Origin: Phyllobates terribilis
Taxonomy: Eukaryota
DNA: 64,000 nt
Direction: 5' to 3'
Assembly: GCF_046119375.1 (NCBI RefSeq)
Contig: NW_027362761.1
Coordinates: forward strand, 725,214,001-725,278,000
Shown here: positions 46,801 through 61,465 of the stretch, in pieces
Position numbering within the stretch: position 1 is the stretch's first letter
How the letters are laid out: every line of letters begins with the position of its first letter
Notes under the pieces: generated by a model
Database searches by the model: none
Told to the model about the DNA's origin: nothing
What the model saw: the letters and a program-made list of their open reading frames with translations, nothing else
Made by a program: the position numbers and the translations under genes

Positions 46801-47918
46801 TGTCACTGTTTCAGCCTTTACTGTGGCCTAGGGACGCTGTGAGTGACCGCTCAGCTGCCCTATGGGATCTGAAATGTGATGGACTGTTAGTTTTGTGAGT
46901 GATAGTCCAGTCATCCAATCTGATGCTGAGGCGTGTTGGGCTGTCAGCATTTTGATTGACAGCCCTGCTGCTCAATCTGTCCTAGCTTGCGAGCATTTTC
47001 CCAGGTGCCTGCCGTCCTTAGTGATTTTCTGGCTATTTAGCTGGTTAGCTGTGAGCAGTCCAGTATCAGTTGTAGCTTAGCTTGGTTTGGTGTGTGTGCT
47101 TAGCATTGTGTATGTTCCTTCGAGCTTGTTGCCAGACCTTGGATTTGTCATGACTATTCGTGTGGATTAAGGTTGGAACCTCAGCTCCACAAAAGAAAAT
47201 TAAATGAGACTGTGGGTCTTGCTGCTGTGTAAATTTATTTTGAACCGGCAAGGAGTCAAAAATAGTTTAGACCGGGAACAGCCTTTTTCAAGGACATCTA
47301 TTGCGGGTGCAGGTAGGCAGAGATCTTTCACCCTGCTTGAGCCATTTCCTGAAACCCGGCTCCTACTCCACAAAGGTCCTCCTTGACATGAAAGGGATCT
47401 TACGTTTTATGTTACTGCTCTACAAGATTTCTGCCTACCTGCACCCGCAACAGATGTCCTTGACAAAGACCATTCCTGGTCGAAACGTTGGACAAGATCT
47501 GTTTTTGACTCCTAGCTGGATCAAAATAAATTTACACTGCAGAAAGACCCACAGTCTCATTTAATTTTCCTCCTTTGTGGTGCTGAGGTTCCACCCTCAA
47601 TAAGTCTGGAACTTTCCTCAAGCACACAATTCTTTCAAACGGACAATGTGCCGTTCTTTCTCCTTCCTATTTGTGTGGATTATTCCTTCCGCTCTTGATG
47701 CTCTGACTTCAGGTATTTGACCCCCGGACTTGACCTTTGACTATACATTTGTTTTACTCCCTTGCCTTGACGTACCTTCCTGGCATTTGACCCCGGATTG
47801 TTACCTAACCATGTTTTAGTCTTGCCCCTCTGTACTACATGCCCTCCTGGTATCTGACCTCGGATCTCCTGACTACCCTGTCTCCCGGCTTGTCCGTGAG
47901 TAGTGACTCAGCGTCACA
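46801..47918. mobile_element. Old solo-LTR-like element interrupted by a MITE
   Basis: TGTCAC...GTCACA-like ends and short GACC..GGA..TGAC repeats; no TSD found. Confidence 0.4.
47171..47596. mobile_element. Kolobok/T2-type MITE
   Basis: About 75-bp TIRs (GGTTGGAACCTCAGC...AAATTTATTTTGA and reverse complement), flanked by TTAA and TCAA. Confidence 0.8.
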
Positions 47919-50900
47919 TTATATTTCCATATTGTCATAATCTACATATCATTAACATGTCCATCAATCTTATGATTTTCATTATTCCACAACTTTTCCT
48001 ACTTGGTGTTGCAATTTCAATGGAGAGAAATATGATACATATTTACATATATTAATTGTAATTGATATATACAATCTTATGTGCACAGGAGTCAAGCATA
48101 TGTAACTCACAGATACAATGTAAAAATATTCATCTCTGTTCCTGTTGCAAATTGTTGTTATTCCATATGGACTTTAAGCTGTTTGAAATAAAGAAGAAAA
48201 TTCATTACAGCCCTAAATTTGCTCATGGAGAATTGGTGTTGTCATTGATACCATCCGTGCCTGGGATCTAAAAGCCTTGAACCCAATGAGCTGATTTATT
48301 TTCTTTATTCAAATTTAGAGGTAATATAGAAGTTTTTCTTTGTCGTAAATAGTGTCTAATTGTTGTGAGTATTATAATATGAATATATTAGACCACTATA
48401 TTTTTGTTTTTAGACTTAACAGCTGCACAAAATAGCATTTATGTTACGTCCTTGCTTTACAGATATTTTGATTTACAAAATCCAACAAAGTCAGTGTAAA
48501 ACATCCATAATACGCGCCTTAAAAGGTGCCTTAAAAGTTGGAAATGAGCCTTTAGTTTAGTTTCTTTTCCTCGGATTTCATCACATCTTACGACTGTGAG
48601 CAAAAATGTAAAGGCAAAATATGTCTCGTTCAAAGAGCAAAGACGAATGTAGCTTATAATTTAACATCAATTCTCAAATAAGACGTAAATTATTTATTTA
48701 TAATTACCATTGATCTGAAATTCATAAATTCATTATCTGAAAACCACAGGCTTATTTAAAATGTGTTTTGAATTTATATCCATGACTGGCATATTGCTGG
48801 TAACACAATATAAACCATATAACATCTGCCCAATAATGCATGACATACCATTTGATGTGTCTCCCTTCGATGCTTACAGAAAAAATATCTCTCCTATATT
48901 AACTATTAGGCTGTGTCTGAACAAAAGCGATGTGGTCTCCTATCTCCCTTTCACTGCACACACTCTGGCCCCCCCTCCCTCTTTTCCACGATCAATTTTA
49001 TGATGCTAAACATCGCTTGGTAATGTTTCCGGAATCTCTGTCTCTCCTGTTTAAAAATTCTTAATTAAGCAGATTTTTTTGTTTACACTTGAAGTAATTG
49101 TACTTTAAAAACCAACAATAAACCATTATGCTTTCTCCATTAGGCCGATATCGCTCCCGGGATAGATGTTACTCCGGCACAAATGAGGAAAGAGAAAATC
49201 TCCATCCAGAGATAGAAAGAACCTGCCAAGCTCCGCTTAAGAGGGAAACTTTTCACCATTCTGGTCACAAGATCAGCAAAGAGGATAAGAGAAATAAAAA
49301 AGAAGAAAGACACATACAGTACATCCACCCATCTGTCCACCATTTAGAAGATCTCTGGTTACCAGATAAATGCAGTCATTTTTGGCCCATTTATGATCAG
49401 TTTAAGCAAGCAGGCAATGAAAATTAAATTGTTATTTATTTACAAACTTGTGGTCATTTGCAGATATCAGGTACGTGATGCTCTGTGATAACTGCATTGG
49501 ATAAACAGATGTTGTTTATACAGATCCTGTCTCTGCTAAATGTGGTTCTCCATTAAAAGTCTACACTGTCTTAGGTCTTCATCATACAGATTTCCCTCAG
49601 TTCAATTATTCCATATAGCCACAAGCTTGATAATCCGTAATTTGTTATTTAAGTCTTTATGCATCATTTCTATATTAATTCATATTTGTGTCATTCCCAT
49701 GTATTGCTTTTCTCCATCATTCATTAAAATAAAATGTAAGGTTTGTATTGCACTTGTGCAGGGCTCAACAAATAGATCTAATTGAAATATAATACATAAT
49801 TCTGAAAAATTGATTTAAGTACACAAAGTATGAAAATGACTATAGGTGATATATGTAAACTTAGAGTGTTAAACGTTACGTTTTCTTTATTTGAATCACA
49901 GTACTTGAAAAATGTTAACAAATAAAGAAAACTAACTATTTTAGCTATTAAGGATTAACCAAGGCATTTTATGTGTATTTCAAGAGATATCCTGAATTGG
50001 GATCTATTTGATATAATTGAAAGCTGGGTCTAGATTTAAGTTTTGAACTAGAGAATTTCTTGAACTACCTGAGCCTACCCTACTGGATTTATTAGTCATT
50101 TACGGACAGGACAACATCATAAACTGGGTAAGAAAGTTCCATTCTACTTTTTGTCTTATTCTCCTATTGCAGAAAGTGATGACATTTTTCTCACAGACAT
50201 CTCTCTTGTTTTTTAGATTCTGTGACCATCCATCTATTGTGAAAGGAGCAAAAAAATATAACAAATTTACCTTTCTCAAATAAAAACTTATCCCCAAGTT
50301 GTATTTAATATTGGGTGATTACTTCTTGTTTAGGAATTTACATGATCTTAGGGACAACCTCCTAAATCTATGGAGGAAGCTCTGGTTGTGCTGATTGTAA
50401 AATAAGATTAGGGTCCTTCGGCTAGTAACTTTGTGTCAGTATTCAAGCGATATATGGGACAATACAATTCTAAAGATCCAAACAAAAAAACTGACCAGCA
50501 CATCCAAACTAGTGTGTACAGGTCCCAGCTAAGACTAATTCTAAGAGAAAATATAGCTGCACTCTGAAATGCTAAGAATAATACTTTTAGAAAATTGAAA
50601 CTGCATTACTGTCATGGATAATAGGTAAGTTCTACTTTAGGTACATGGAATATTGGAAAAAATGAAACTATAATATTGCTATAGAAATATTACAGTCAAA
50701 AGAAGGTACTTAGAGCATAAGTTGGCCAATATATGTGAGTCCAACAGCCATTGTCAAGGAGTACATCATTGTTGGGTCCCTGCCCTGATAAGACGCCTCT
50801 CCTAAATTCTAAAGATATAATGCTGGTATATAGGCCATCGATAATTGCCATGGATAATTTCAGTTGTTGTTCATAAGTTCTGATGTGTTCATACTTGGTA

Positions 50901-51531
50901 AATTGCTTAGAATTTGAATAAATCATTAGCAATTATAATATATGTCTATATGTATAATACAATATGTCCAAGTATGCATTTCATGTGGCCAGGGCTTTAA
51001 AAATACTGGAGTGTGAATTTCTTGGGGTTGCTTCACAGGTGTAGGTTTCAGAAAAACGAATATCTATTCCAGTCCTCGAGCCCAGATAGGAATAACTAAG
51101 TTCCATTCTTCTATTTTCACCCTTTGTCAAGATACCGAGCAACAATGTCTCCATTTGCAATTATTTGCTATCCTTAGCAAAACTTAGGCTTTTTAGTTTA
51201 GATTAGATAACATCCATTTTTTAAATGCTTAAAAAAATTCTTTCTAATGCTTTTACAAATGCTCCTTTTTGTAAGGGATATGTCTGATATGAAACATTTT
51301 GTCAGTGTGCATCAGGAATTTGGATATCACTAAGAGTTGATATTACTGCCATTCGACCCTATTCGAGACCTGAGAGTGGTGGTATCTAATTCAGTAACAG
51401 AATTTATTGACCTTCAATCTTCTCCCCTGACTGGAAGTTAGAGCCTGGAACCGTACCTGCTGTATCCAGTCTTTCAAATTGCCTTGGCTTGATCAGAAAA
51501 TGTATATAGCCGCTTATAATGAATATATTAA

Positions 51532-51689
51532 AGAGGTTATCCCACAATCACAACTTACCACCTTGATTCTTGACACGTACTGTATGTTCTTGTGAATGGT
51601 GGGGATTCCAGCAATGAGACTCCCAGCAATCGGCAAATTATCACCTATACTATGTAGAGGTGATATGTTTTGATTGTGGGACAACTCCT
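51532..51689. mobile_element. Short T2/Kolobok-type MITE
   Basis: TTAA|AGAGGTTATCCCACAATC ... GATTGTGGGACAACTCCT|TTTA. Confidence 0.6.
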
Positions 51690-53967
51690 TTTATCCATTG
51701 ATGCAAAATTACACAACTACATATCAATATTTTAAGTGGTTACTCACATCTTGATGTACAGTTATGTTGTGTGGATGTGGATGGCTTATAAATTGGGCCT
51801 GCTCCATCCAGCTGTAACATAAGTCTGATCCTGATTGTCTAGCCATTTGTCTAGCCATTTAGATGATGCAAAATGTAAGTGATTATACAAAGGGACACGG
51901 CTACTTTTATCATATCATTGTCTGGCTATCAACTAATCATGGAATCAGGGCCACTAGGGCCCTAACATTGGCCCCCAGGTCTGCCATCTTTATATAACTA
52001 ACAGAAGCAACGCCTAATGGACTTTCTGTCTGTATCCCACTGACAAGCATAATAGACTTCTATACATAAGTGCTTCAGTGTATTATATCAGCAATTTTCT
52101 CAAACATGTCCTAGTGGAAAAAATGTTTAAAAATATTAAAAAAACAGGCTAAAATAAAATAATTTTAGATAGCTCATAACAGGTAAAATAACATACACAA
52201 ATTAAACCAAACATGAACATATGTAGGCACATTTTTAGCTTGATAGATAGGGATATTAAATGTGGATAATTTGTGACAGAGAAGTTGTCTCAATATGGCA
52301 CACATCATTGAAATAGTATGTTTTGATAGTACATCTTCTGTTTTATTGAAAATAAAATTTTTATATTAATAAAAAATCTAAAAAAAAATAAAAAATCACT
52401 TAAACTTTTCATTAAAATTTTATTGTGTAAAAAATATAATAAATATGTGTAATTGATATCACTGTCTGAAATTGGCCGAACCATAAAATAATCATAATAT
52501 TTATCCCCTACAGTGTTCTCATATAAAAAGAATAAAAAAATGACAGAAATGCAGTGTTTTTGTTCATTCCATCTTCTAAAAACTAATTGAATATTAAAAA
52601 TATTCATATGAACCTTAAATCATTGAAAATGTCAACTCACCGTGCAAAATCAAGCACTCAGATAACTCTATCAACTCAACTCAATTTAGCAAAAATAAAC
52701 GTGCTAAAGCAGTAAGGTTTAAAAAATCCACCAAATAAAGGTCATGCCCTTTATACTGTGAGATTAATAGCATAAAAGAAAAAAAAAACTATTGTAGAAA
52801 TGCTGTAGAATATTGTAGTTTTTTTTTTTCTCGCAAAGATTTTCAAACTAATATGTGACCCAAAATCATTCCACCAAAAAATATGACGTACTCTGCAGAA
52901 AACAGTCCTCACAAGGCTGTTGATGGCACTATGGCATTTGGAAGGTTGAAATCAGCACTGTAAATAAAATCATTTTTATAAAGTCTAAAACTAGCTGTAC
53001 CAGAGAGGGGAATAAAAGAAAGAAAGGTAATTAATTCCCCTAAAATATCTAAATTATATTTTCTTGTGGAGGAATGGCATTTTTTTGGCACCTGAATAAA
53101 GTTCTTCAACTACTTGAAAGAGATGAACGAATATTTTGAAAGTCAAATTTACCAGATTTGCCTAAGAAATTTGATTTGCAGGGAATCGATTCACCAAGAA
53201 TCAAAAGTATTCCAAAGCCTCAATATTCTCTTTTCCTCACATAATAATCTTCTTTACTGCTGTGCTGTCACACACAGGCAAAGTTGAAAAATGTTTGAAT
53301 TTACTGAGTTCAATGAATTTCTAAAAATTCAACACAAATATGGTTTACATTGACCCAATTTGCAAGTTATTATGGGAGTGCTTGCTTTACTCCGTACACT
53401 CTGGTGCTATTTTCGTGTTGTGTTACCCTGATCTTGACTCTGCTTGTGACCCTGAATACGTCTAACTCCATGATCCCCACTGTACTTGACTTTAGCTAGT
53501 CTGACTTTGCTGATTTTGTGCTCCTGGCATCCAGCCTGGGTATTGCTCAAACTTCTTCAGTTTTGAATTCTGGTTTTATCTCTCCTGTTAAACTGGCTAG
53601 TTCAATTATCCATCCGTGCTTCAAGCTCATTCCTGCTGCCAGCAGCTGCTCTGTGGACACAACCCAGGAGGCCCTGCTGTAAGTTCAGATCACTGTATAT
53701 GGGTTAAAAGGTGTGCTTAGGTTTCCTCTGTGACCTGCTAGAAGGAGTGGTTAAAGACAAGTCTGACCAAGGTTGCCTTTTTGAACTGATGGCCTCAGAA
53801 AGATTTTACAATCTGTGCACAGCATTAAATAGATCCCCTAGCCCTGATAAGGATGGTGTATTCTTTTTGAAAATTAATCTCAGAATGATGCTTTTATCCG
53901 GTCTGAACACTCAGCATTTTATAAATCAAGCTAAATACTGCCAGATTTGATGAGTCCATGTGTATTC

Positions 53968-56219
53968 ACAGTGTAAACTCTTTTGCAAACTGCTCCAGGT
54001 CTCTCATATTTGAATGGTGCCTTCTCCCAACAGCAATTTTAAAATCTCTCCATAGGTGATCAATGGGATTTAGATCCGGACTCTTTTCTGGCCACTTTAG
54101 AACTCTCCAGCATTTTTCATCTATTTCTGGGGGCTTCTGAAGTATGTTTGGGGTCATTGTCCTGCTAGAAGACCCATGACTTAGGACACAATCCCAGCTT
54201 TCTGACACTGAGCACTATATTGTGTCCCAAAATCCTTTGTTAGTCTTCAGATTTCATTATGCCTTGCACACAGTCAAGGCAGCCAATGCCAGGGGCAGCA
54301 AAACAACTCTAAAACATCTTTGAACCTCCACCATATTTGACTGTAGTTACTGTGTTCTTTTCTTTGTAGGACTCATTCTATTTTCGGTAAACAGTAGAAT
54401 GATGTGTGTGGAGACACAGGGGTCTCCCGTGGGCAGAATACTACTCAGACAACACAGGGTGAGGGTAAAACAGTGTCACAATACTTTATTGAACCACCAA
54501 ACAGACAATAAACATATAGAACAGTCCCAGATGCAAATTACAGAGTCTCACCCTTCCGCTGACTCACCGGGATTTGAGCAGCTGCAACTCCGAGGGGCTT
54601 CCAGGGCCGACTACCCCCACTAGTAGCAGCCCGCTTTTGGCAGGCACCCACAGAGAAGAGGTAATGACAAGCTTAAGAAGCTGACAGTCCACTACGTGGC
54701 CAGGAGACATGAGGGTCACAAACTCGCTTTTACAAACATATCCATGGAACCAGGTGACCGGAGGGTCCCAACCTGGCTTTATCCAAGCTTATCCATTGGT
54801 TCCAGATGACCAGAGGGTCCAAACCTGGTTACCCCAACATCTCCATGGGACCATGTGACCGGAGGGTCCCAACCTGGTTTCCTCAAATGTATCCATGGGT
54901 TCTGTGATAGTCAATGGAGCAGATCTGTATTCCTCCAGCCAGGGCCGTGGTCCCTTAAGCTGGCATCCTGTAGAATCCAAATCTGTGTCCCTCTTATTGG
55001 AGCCATGGTGTCCTGTAGAGCTATCACTTAGAGTGTTCCTGGCTGGGGTTTTGTAAAGGTATTTTTGATACAAAGGCATATCCCCCTTATATAATTCACA
55101 ACTGTCCTTCGAGACTTTATCCACAGGTCAGAGGGGAGGTGAGATGAGTTTAACTTTCATTGTTTCAGCATTTAATCAATCTGCATTTTGTTTGTCCTGC
55201 TCTGTTTTGCAGGTCAACAAAACTAGCTGGCCTGGTACAATATGTAATCAGCATATTAGCAAAAATCATTGTTCCATGACCCTGAGTCCCTGTCCTCCTC
55301 AGATAACAGACAATAAGTTACAATAAACATCAGTTCAAGTGTCATCATTCAGACAATATGACAAAGTCTCCTGACCTACTTAAAATAGACATTTGGATAA
55401 TTAAGATTAAATTCTGTGTCGTCACAATGTACTTTTCCAAAAAGCTCTATCTTGGTCTCATCTGTCCACAAGACACTTTCCCAGAAGGATTTTGACTTAC
55501 TTACGTACATTTTGGCAAACTAAAGTCTAGCTTTTTATGTCTGTGTCAGCAGTGGGTTTCCCCTGGGTCTCCTCCCATTCACACTGACACTTATGCACCC
55601 TGAGCCTGCAGGACAGCTTTAATTTCTTTGGAACATGATTGGGGCTGCTGATCCACATCAGGATTATCCTGTGTTGCAACCTTTCATCAATTTTTCTCTG
55701 CCAAGTCCAGGGAGATTAGATACAGTGCCATGGGTTGTAAACGTCTTGATTATATTGCGCACCGTGAAGAAAGGAACATCAAGATCTCTGGCGATGGACT
55801 TGTAAACTTGAGATTGTTGATATTGTTCAACAATTTTGGTTCTCAAGTCCTAAGATAGTTCTCTTTTCCTCTTTCAGTTTTCCATGCTTAGTGTGGCACA
55901 CACAGACACACAATGCAAAGATTGAATCAACTTCTCCCCTTTTTATCCTGTTTCATATTGCCCACACCTGTTACCTGTCACAGGTGAATTTGAATGAGCA
56001 TCACATGCTTGAAACAAAGTTGTTTACCACAATTTTGGAAAAGTGACATCAATTTTGTCAGGCCCATTTTGGTTTTTTTTTTGTGTGAAAGAATGTCCAA
56101 TTTGCATTTTTTCTACATTTTTTTGTTGTTCCAATACACACAAAAGAAATAAACATGTGTAACTGCAATCATTTTCCGGGAGAAATACTCAAGGGTGCCA
56201 ACACTTTAAGCCATGACTG
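53968..56219 (-). mobile_element. Decayed Tc1 transposon interrupted by a solo LTR
   Basis: WPEKSPDLNPID at about 54050-54090; N-terminal RTKIVEQY..YKSIARDL.VP at 55664-55846; TIR end ...CCATGACTG at 56219. Confidence 0.85.
54407..55426 (-). mobile_element. Solo LTR related to 37294-38354
   Basis: The reverse complement starts TGTGACGACACAG and ends ...GTCTCCACA, as in the 37294 LTR; near-TSD ATGTG/ATGTA. Confidence 0.85.
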
Positions 56220-56664
56220 TGATGCTTTAATTTAAATATTTAACAGATTAACAATTACAGTATAAAATGTGATGAAACTATTTACAGTACCACATTGTGC
56301 TTTGTTTCTATTATTGTCAGATTACCTACTCTTCAATACACAACATTCTCTTTTTTAGCTGCGGAGGCCACATAAAGTTGAATGCCATGCCCGCACTGAG
56401 GTTTTACACAGAAAATTGTGCACTCACTGGCCTGGTGTTTAGCTGAATACAGTAGCTGCCCTATGAGATCATGCTCATATAACCCAAAAGCATGTTATTT
56501 CTTTTGGCTAGGACCGTCCTTGATTATTAATGTACTTCTTTGTTCTTTGCATTGACACTTAAAGGGTAATCCCAACATCGCTCACTTCCACCTTGGGAGA
56601 TGTGTGGTACTGGTGATGTCATGTCTACAGATACTTGTCTAAACACATGCACAATCAGGTTTTT

Positions 56665-58172
56665 ATCATTTTAAGGGTAGGTTCATTTTAACATTGAGAG
56701 ATAGAATATCCCCCAAAAAATCAAGAAAATCACATTGTATAAATTAGATAAATTTATTTGCATTTTGCAGTGAGAAATAAGTATTTGATCCCCTCCAAAC
56801 CATTATGAGTTCTGGCTCAAACAGACCAGTTAGACCTTCCTATTCAACTCGTTACTTGCATTAAAGACAGCTGTCTTACATAGTCACCTGTATAAAAGAC
56901 TCCTGTCCACATACTCAATTAATCAGTCAGACTCTAACCTCTACAACATGGGCAAGACCAAAGAGCTTCCTAAGGATGTCAGGGACAAGATCATAGACCT
57001 GCACAAAACTGGAATAGGCTACAAAACCATAAGTAAGACGCTGGGTGAGAAGGAGACAACTGTTGGTGCAATAGTAAGAAAATGGAAGAAATACAAAATG
57101 ACTGTCAATCGACATCGATCTGGGGCATCAAGCAAAATCTCACCTCGTGGGGTATCCTTGATCAAGAGGAAGGTGAGAGATCAGCCTAAAACTATACGGG
57201 GGAACATTTTAATGATCTCCAGGCAGCTGGGACCACAGTTACCAAGAAAACCATTGGTAACACATTACGCCTTAAAGGTTTAAAATCCTGCAGTGCCCGC
57301 AAGGTCCCCCTGCTCAAGAAGGCACATGTGCAGACCCGTCTGAAGTTTGCCAATGAACATCTGGATGATTCTGTGAGTTATTGGAAGAAGGTGCTGTGGT
57401 CAGATGAGACAAAAATTGAGCTCTTTGGAATTAACTCAACTTGCCGTGTTTGGAGGAAGAGAAATGCTGCCTATGACCTAAAGAGCACCATCCACTGTCA
57501 AGCATGGAGGTGGAAACATTATCCTTTGGGGGTGTTTCTCTGCTAAGGGCACAGGACTATTTCACCGCATCAGTGGAAGAATGGATGGAGCCATGTACCG
57601 TAAAATCCTGAGTCCCTCTGCCAGGACATTAAAAATGGGTCGTGGCTGGGTCTTCCAGCAAGACAATGACCCAAAACAAATAGCCAAGGCAACAAAGGAG
57701 TGACTCAAAAAGAAGCACATTAAGGTCATTGAGTGGCCTAGCCAGTCTCTAGACCTTAATCCAATAGCAAACTTATGGAGGAAGTTAATGCTCCGAGTTG
57801 CCAAGTAGCAGTCTCAAAATCTGAATGATTTACAGATGATCTGCAAAGAGTAGTGGACCAAAATTCCTCCTGACATGTGCGCAACCCTCATCATCAACTA
57901 CAAAAAACGTATGACTGCTGTGCTTGCCAACAAGGGTTTTGCCACCAAGTATTAAGTGTTGTTTGCCTGAGGAATCAAATACTTATTTTTCACTGCAAAA
58001 TGCAAATAAATTTATCTAATTTATACAATGTGATTTTCTTGATTTTTTGGGGGGATATTCTATGTCTCAATGTTAAAATTAACCTACCCTTAAAATTATA
58101 GACTGTTCATGTCTTTGTCAGTGGGCAAACTTACAAAAACAGCAAGGGATCAAATAATTATTTCCTTCACTG
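56665..58172 (+). mobile_element. Tc1 transposon (DD34E-type), frameshifted, left TIR truncated
   Basis: [19 protein letters not shown].., [16 protein letters not shown]; right end ...TTATTTCCTTCACTG. Confidence 0.88.
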
Positions 58173-58304
58173 TGTCTGTAGACAAGATGTCTCCAGCGCC
58201 ACTTAATTTCCAATGTAGAGGTGACACAGAATAACCCTTTTAGTTGAATACATTTCCACATATTAAGGAGGACTTTTCACTTGCTAAAAAAATTGAATAA
58301 CATA

Positions 58305-58728
58305 CCTTGTAAAAATCCCTGAGCACCTGTGATTTTGCCACTCTTTTCCGTTCTGCGCTGCTTCATTCTGTTGCAAAAATATTTGTATTTGTTGCTTTTG
58401 GAGCACAATATGTAAAATCTCTACCAACTGGGTATTTCTTCAGAATATTCTCTTTCATGCCTCTTTCTTAAATGCTGCCATTTACAGCTTGGCAGCAGAT
58501 CTATCAGTCTAAGGTGCTGCTGAGCTGTGATGGGCAGCGTCTGGGAAGGAGGGCAAAAAACGCACATTTCCAGAAAAGACTTTGAAGAAACGCCTAGTTG
58601 AACTGCAACCAGAGATTTCACACATTGCGCTTCAAAAGCAACAAATGTGAATAGCTCCACAATGGAGCAACACAGCACAAAATGGAAATGAGTGCCAAAA
58701 TCAATGGAGCTCAGGGATTTTTACAAGG
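58305..58728. mobile_element. MITE with TA TSD
   Basis: Perfect 20-bp TIR CCTTGTAAAAATCCCTGAGC, imperfect inverted arms extending about 110 bp, TA on both sides. Confidence 0.8.
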
Positions 58729-59724
58729 TATCTAACTCAATTTTTTGAGTAAATGAAAGGTCCTATTTAACTAAATGTCTTCTTACCATATTTTGTATTT
58801 TAATTATTCCTTTAGTTTTATTTTTTTAGGTTGTACATATTTTTATTCACTGGTTTGCTTATATGCTGAATACATTTAACAACATTTGTAATATAATGAA
58901 ATATGCAGCTTTGTTATAAATGTGATTTAAATGTTAATTTTAAATCATACAAAATATGTATTGTACATTTTTTTCATGTAATGACAAGTCTCAGGGTACT
59001 CTCATCAGGACATAAGAGTAACATTATGGATGGCCAAAAAACAGAGAAGGTTTGTAGTCAAGTATCTGAAGCTCAGGACGCATATTGATTCAGGGAAAAA
59101 TCCTATACTGTTCTCCCAGCGCACAATCCATTTGTGTTTGTCTGAACAACACTAATTAAGTCTGTTGGATAAGAAGGAACTTTAAAATCAGACCCAAATA
59201 TTTAACCATTTGTGCTTATGTCTTATGTCTTTATTCAGTAGCCCACACTACTGTTTTCTACAATGTACTCTGCGAGACACGTTAATGTAAAAAAGGGACA
59301 TTCCAGTTATTTAGTCTAATGTAAGAAGAGAATGTTTGTGTTTGTGTCAAATTATGTGTTATTGAATATGTTTTTTAAGCATTTAAACATACATTTATTT
59401 CCTTTATTTTTCCACCGATATCGCCCAATTTCAGAAAAAAAAAGAGAAAATATAACAGTGACATAAAAATGAAGCCACATGTTTCGCGAAAAAAAGATGC
59501 AAAAATTATTTAGACATCCAAACAAGAATGTTACAGCTCTTTAAACCACATGTATGAAAAAAACTAAAATATGTCTGGTCAGGAGCGGGGGCTTGATTAC
59601 CTCACACTTAAAGTGGCACTTACTTCACTTGCAGTTTTGTACTCCTAGGTAGGCCCCTCCAGATGTGGTAATATCTCTCCTTTACTCTCAGGCTGTTACT
59701 TTCCATAATTCTTCCACTTGCAGG

Positions 59725-60945
59725 TGACGCGCCCCCTGGGCCATGTTCAAGGGATACCCGGAGCCGGATCTGGATGGGGGTAGTAGTCCTTGTGGCGGTG
59801 ACCCGGTCCGTGCCCAGGGTGTCAAACTAAGTGTGTGGCAGTCTTGGTAGATGTTGTTTCTGTGTCGACTACGCCACCCGTTGATTTGCGGTCACAAGGC
59901 CGCCGATGCAGAACAGTCCGCTGAGGCCGGTAGTGTGTGTGCAGCAATGGTGGTATAACCCCCAACGGGAGGGGTATGGCCTCAGGGCAGCTGGTGCGGA
60001 TGATGGGGGTAGTGATAGTGCAGAAAGGAGAGTCAGAGACGTGAGATGCAGTTTCAGGGTTTTTACTCACAGGTGTTCCTTCAGTCACTCTGGCCTTGAG
60101 TGACCACCCGAGCCGTGCTGCATCCACCAGGTGCGGGACTCGGCTAACCCCCAGGCAGTTCCGGAGCGTGGTCCTGAGCTTCCCTCTCACTCTCTTTCTC
60201 CTGGCCGTCCCCACCAGGGATCCACCTTTGTCCGGTTCCCTTGGGCCTTCTATGGTAAAACCTTCTCTGGCTTTCCTGACCCTACTCTTGGTGTACCTTC
60301 CTGGTGGATGTGGTGAGGGTTGTGGCAAAACTTGACCACGACCTCCGGTTCCTGGTTAAGGGTTACTTTTGCCTCCGCCAGCTTGGGATCCGGTGCCCTC
60401 TTCTGCCAACCCTTCACCCTTTTTAGCTCACTCGTGGGATCTCAGGGTTCCCTCTTGGTCTTATGCCTCTGGGCCTTTCTTCTTCCTCTCTGCCTCAGGC
60501 CTGGCCCTGGAGCTGGGCCCAGCCGGAGCCACAGCTCCTTGTCAGCCCTCCTGGCTGAACTCTCCTTCAGCTTCCCCTCAGGCTGAACTCGACCGACCGA
60601 CCCTGTCCTAAGATGGTGCCCACCTTATATACTCCCTCTATGTGTGAGCCCAGGTGACCAGCACCCAATGGGCTCCTAGCTTTACCCAGAGTACTCCCCC
60701 TATCTGCCCCTACACTACTGGGATGTTCCACCCCCCCTCCCACTCCAGCCAGGGACAGACGCTGTCGTACCTGCACATCTACTTGGTGGGAGTACCGTAG
60801 TTCTGGCCCCCGGAAATGGGATGTATGTAGTGCATGCAGCCTACTAAGCTCAGTCCCACACTCCATCCTTACCCGGGAGTGGAATACCACACCTCTGGTT
60901 TGAGGTGCAATACCCCTGTAGCAGCCGAGACCTCAGGGTGCTACA
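59725..60945 (-). repeat. 3' LTR (1221 bp)
   Basis: Minus strand reads TGTAGCACC...GCGCGTCA; TATATAA near 60630; 59725-60329 matches 63396-64000. Confidence 0.93.
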
Positions 60946-60955
60946 TTCCCCCCTG
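60946..60955 (-). promoter_or_regulatory. Polypurine tract
   Basis: Minus strand CAGGGGGGAA abuts the TGT start of the 3' LTR. Confidence 0.8.
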
Positions 60956-61465
60956 GTAAATCACAGCACGTCCTCGGGCTGTAAAAGAATAAAAACATAC
61001 CAAAACATACAAACTTTTTAAAACATACACCAACATATAAAACATTTTCCTTTGCCATAATAAAACATCTGACAAATGCCACCGGAACTCTTTTGGCACA
61101 TTAGACATATTATTACTCTAGCAGCATAAAATTTTCAATATAACTTTTCCATATAAAACTCTTTTATATAAAATGTTCTTGAATTTCTGGCCACTGTGCA
61201 CTTGTGACCAGGTAAAGTGCAACAGTACAAAAACAGTTCCTTATAAAACCGGTAGGGGGCGCCTTAAGAAGCGCAACTATTTACAGGGCGGCCGCTCTCA
61301 GTCCTCGGCCAGTGGGGATAAGGAATGGCTGTTCACAGTCCTCAGCCTGTTAAGGGATAGGGACACACGGGTAACAGTTTGCTGGTCCCAACGGGGACTA
61401 TACTTTACTGGTAACAGTTCTTGTACCCTTACGGGTAACTATTTACAGCTTCACTGTACCGTACT

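Noticed and set aside
49140-49343. Hydrophobic 67-aa minus-strand ORF resembling a membrane protein exon
   Set aside because: In-frame stop immediately upstream, weak splice signals and no recognisable family.
59822-60611. ORFs within the LTRs (168 aa here and its duplicate at 63493-63999; also 1812-2270)
   Set aside because: No recognisable motifs; GC-rich LTR sequence, duplicated only because the LTRs are duplicated.
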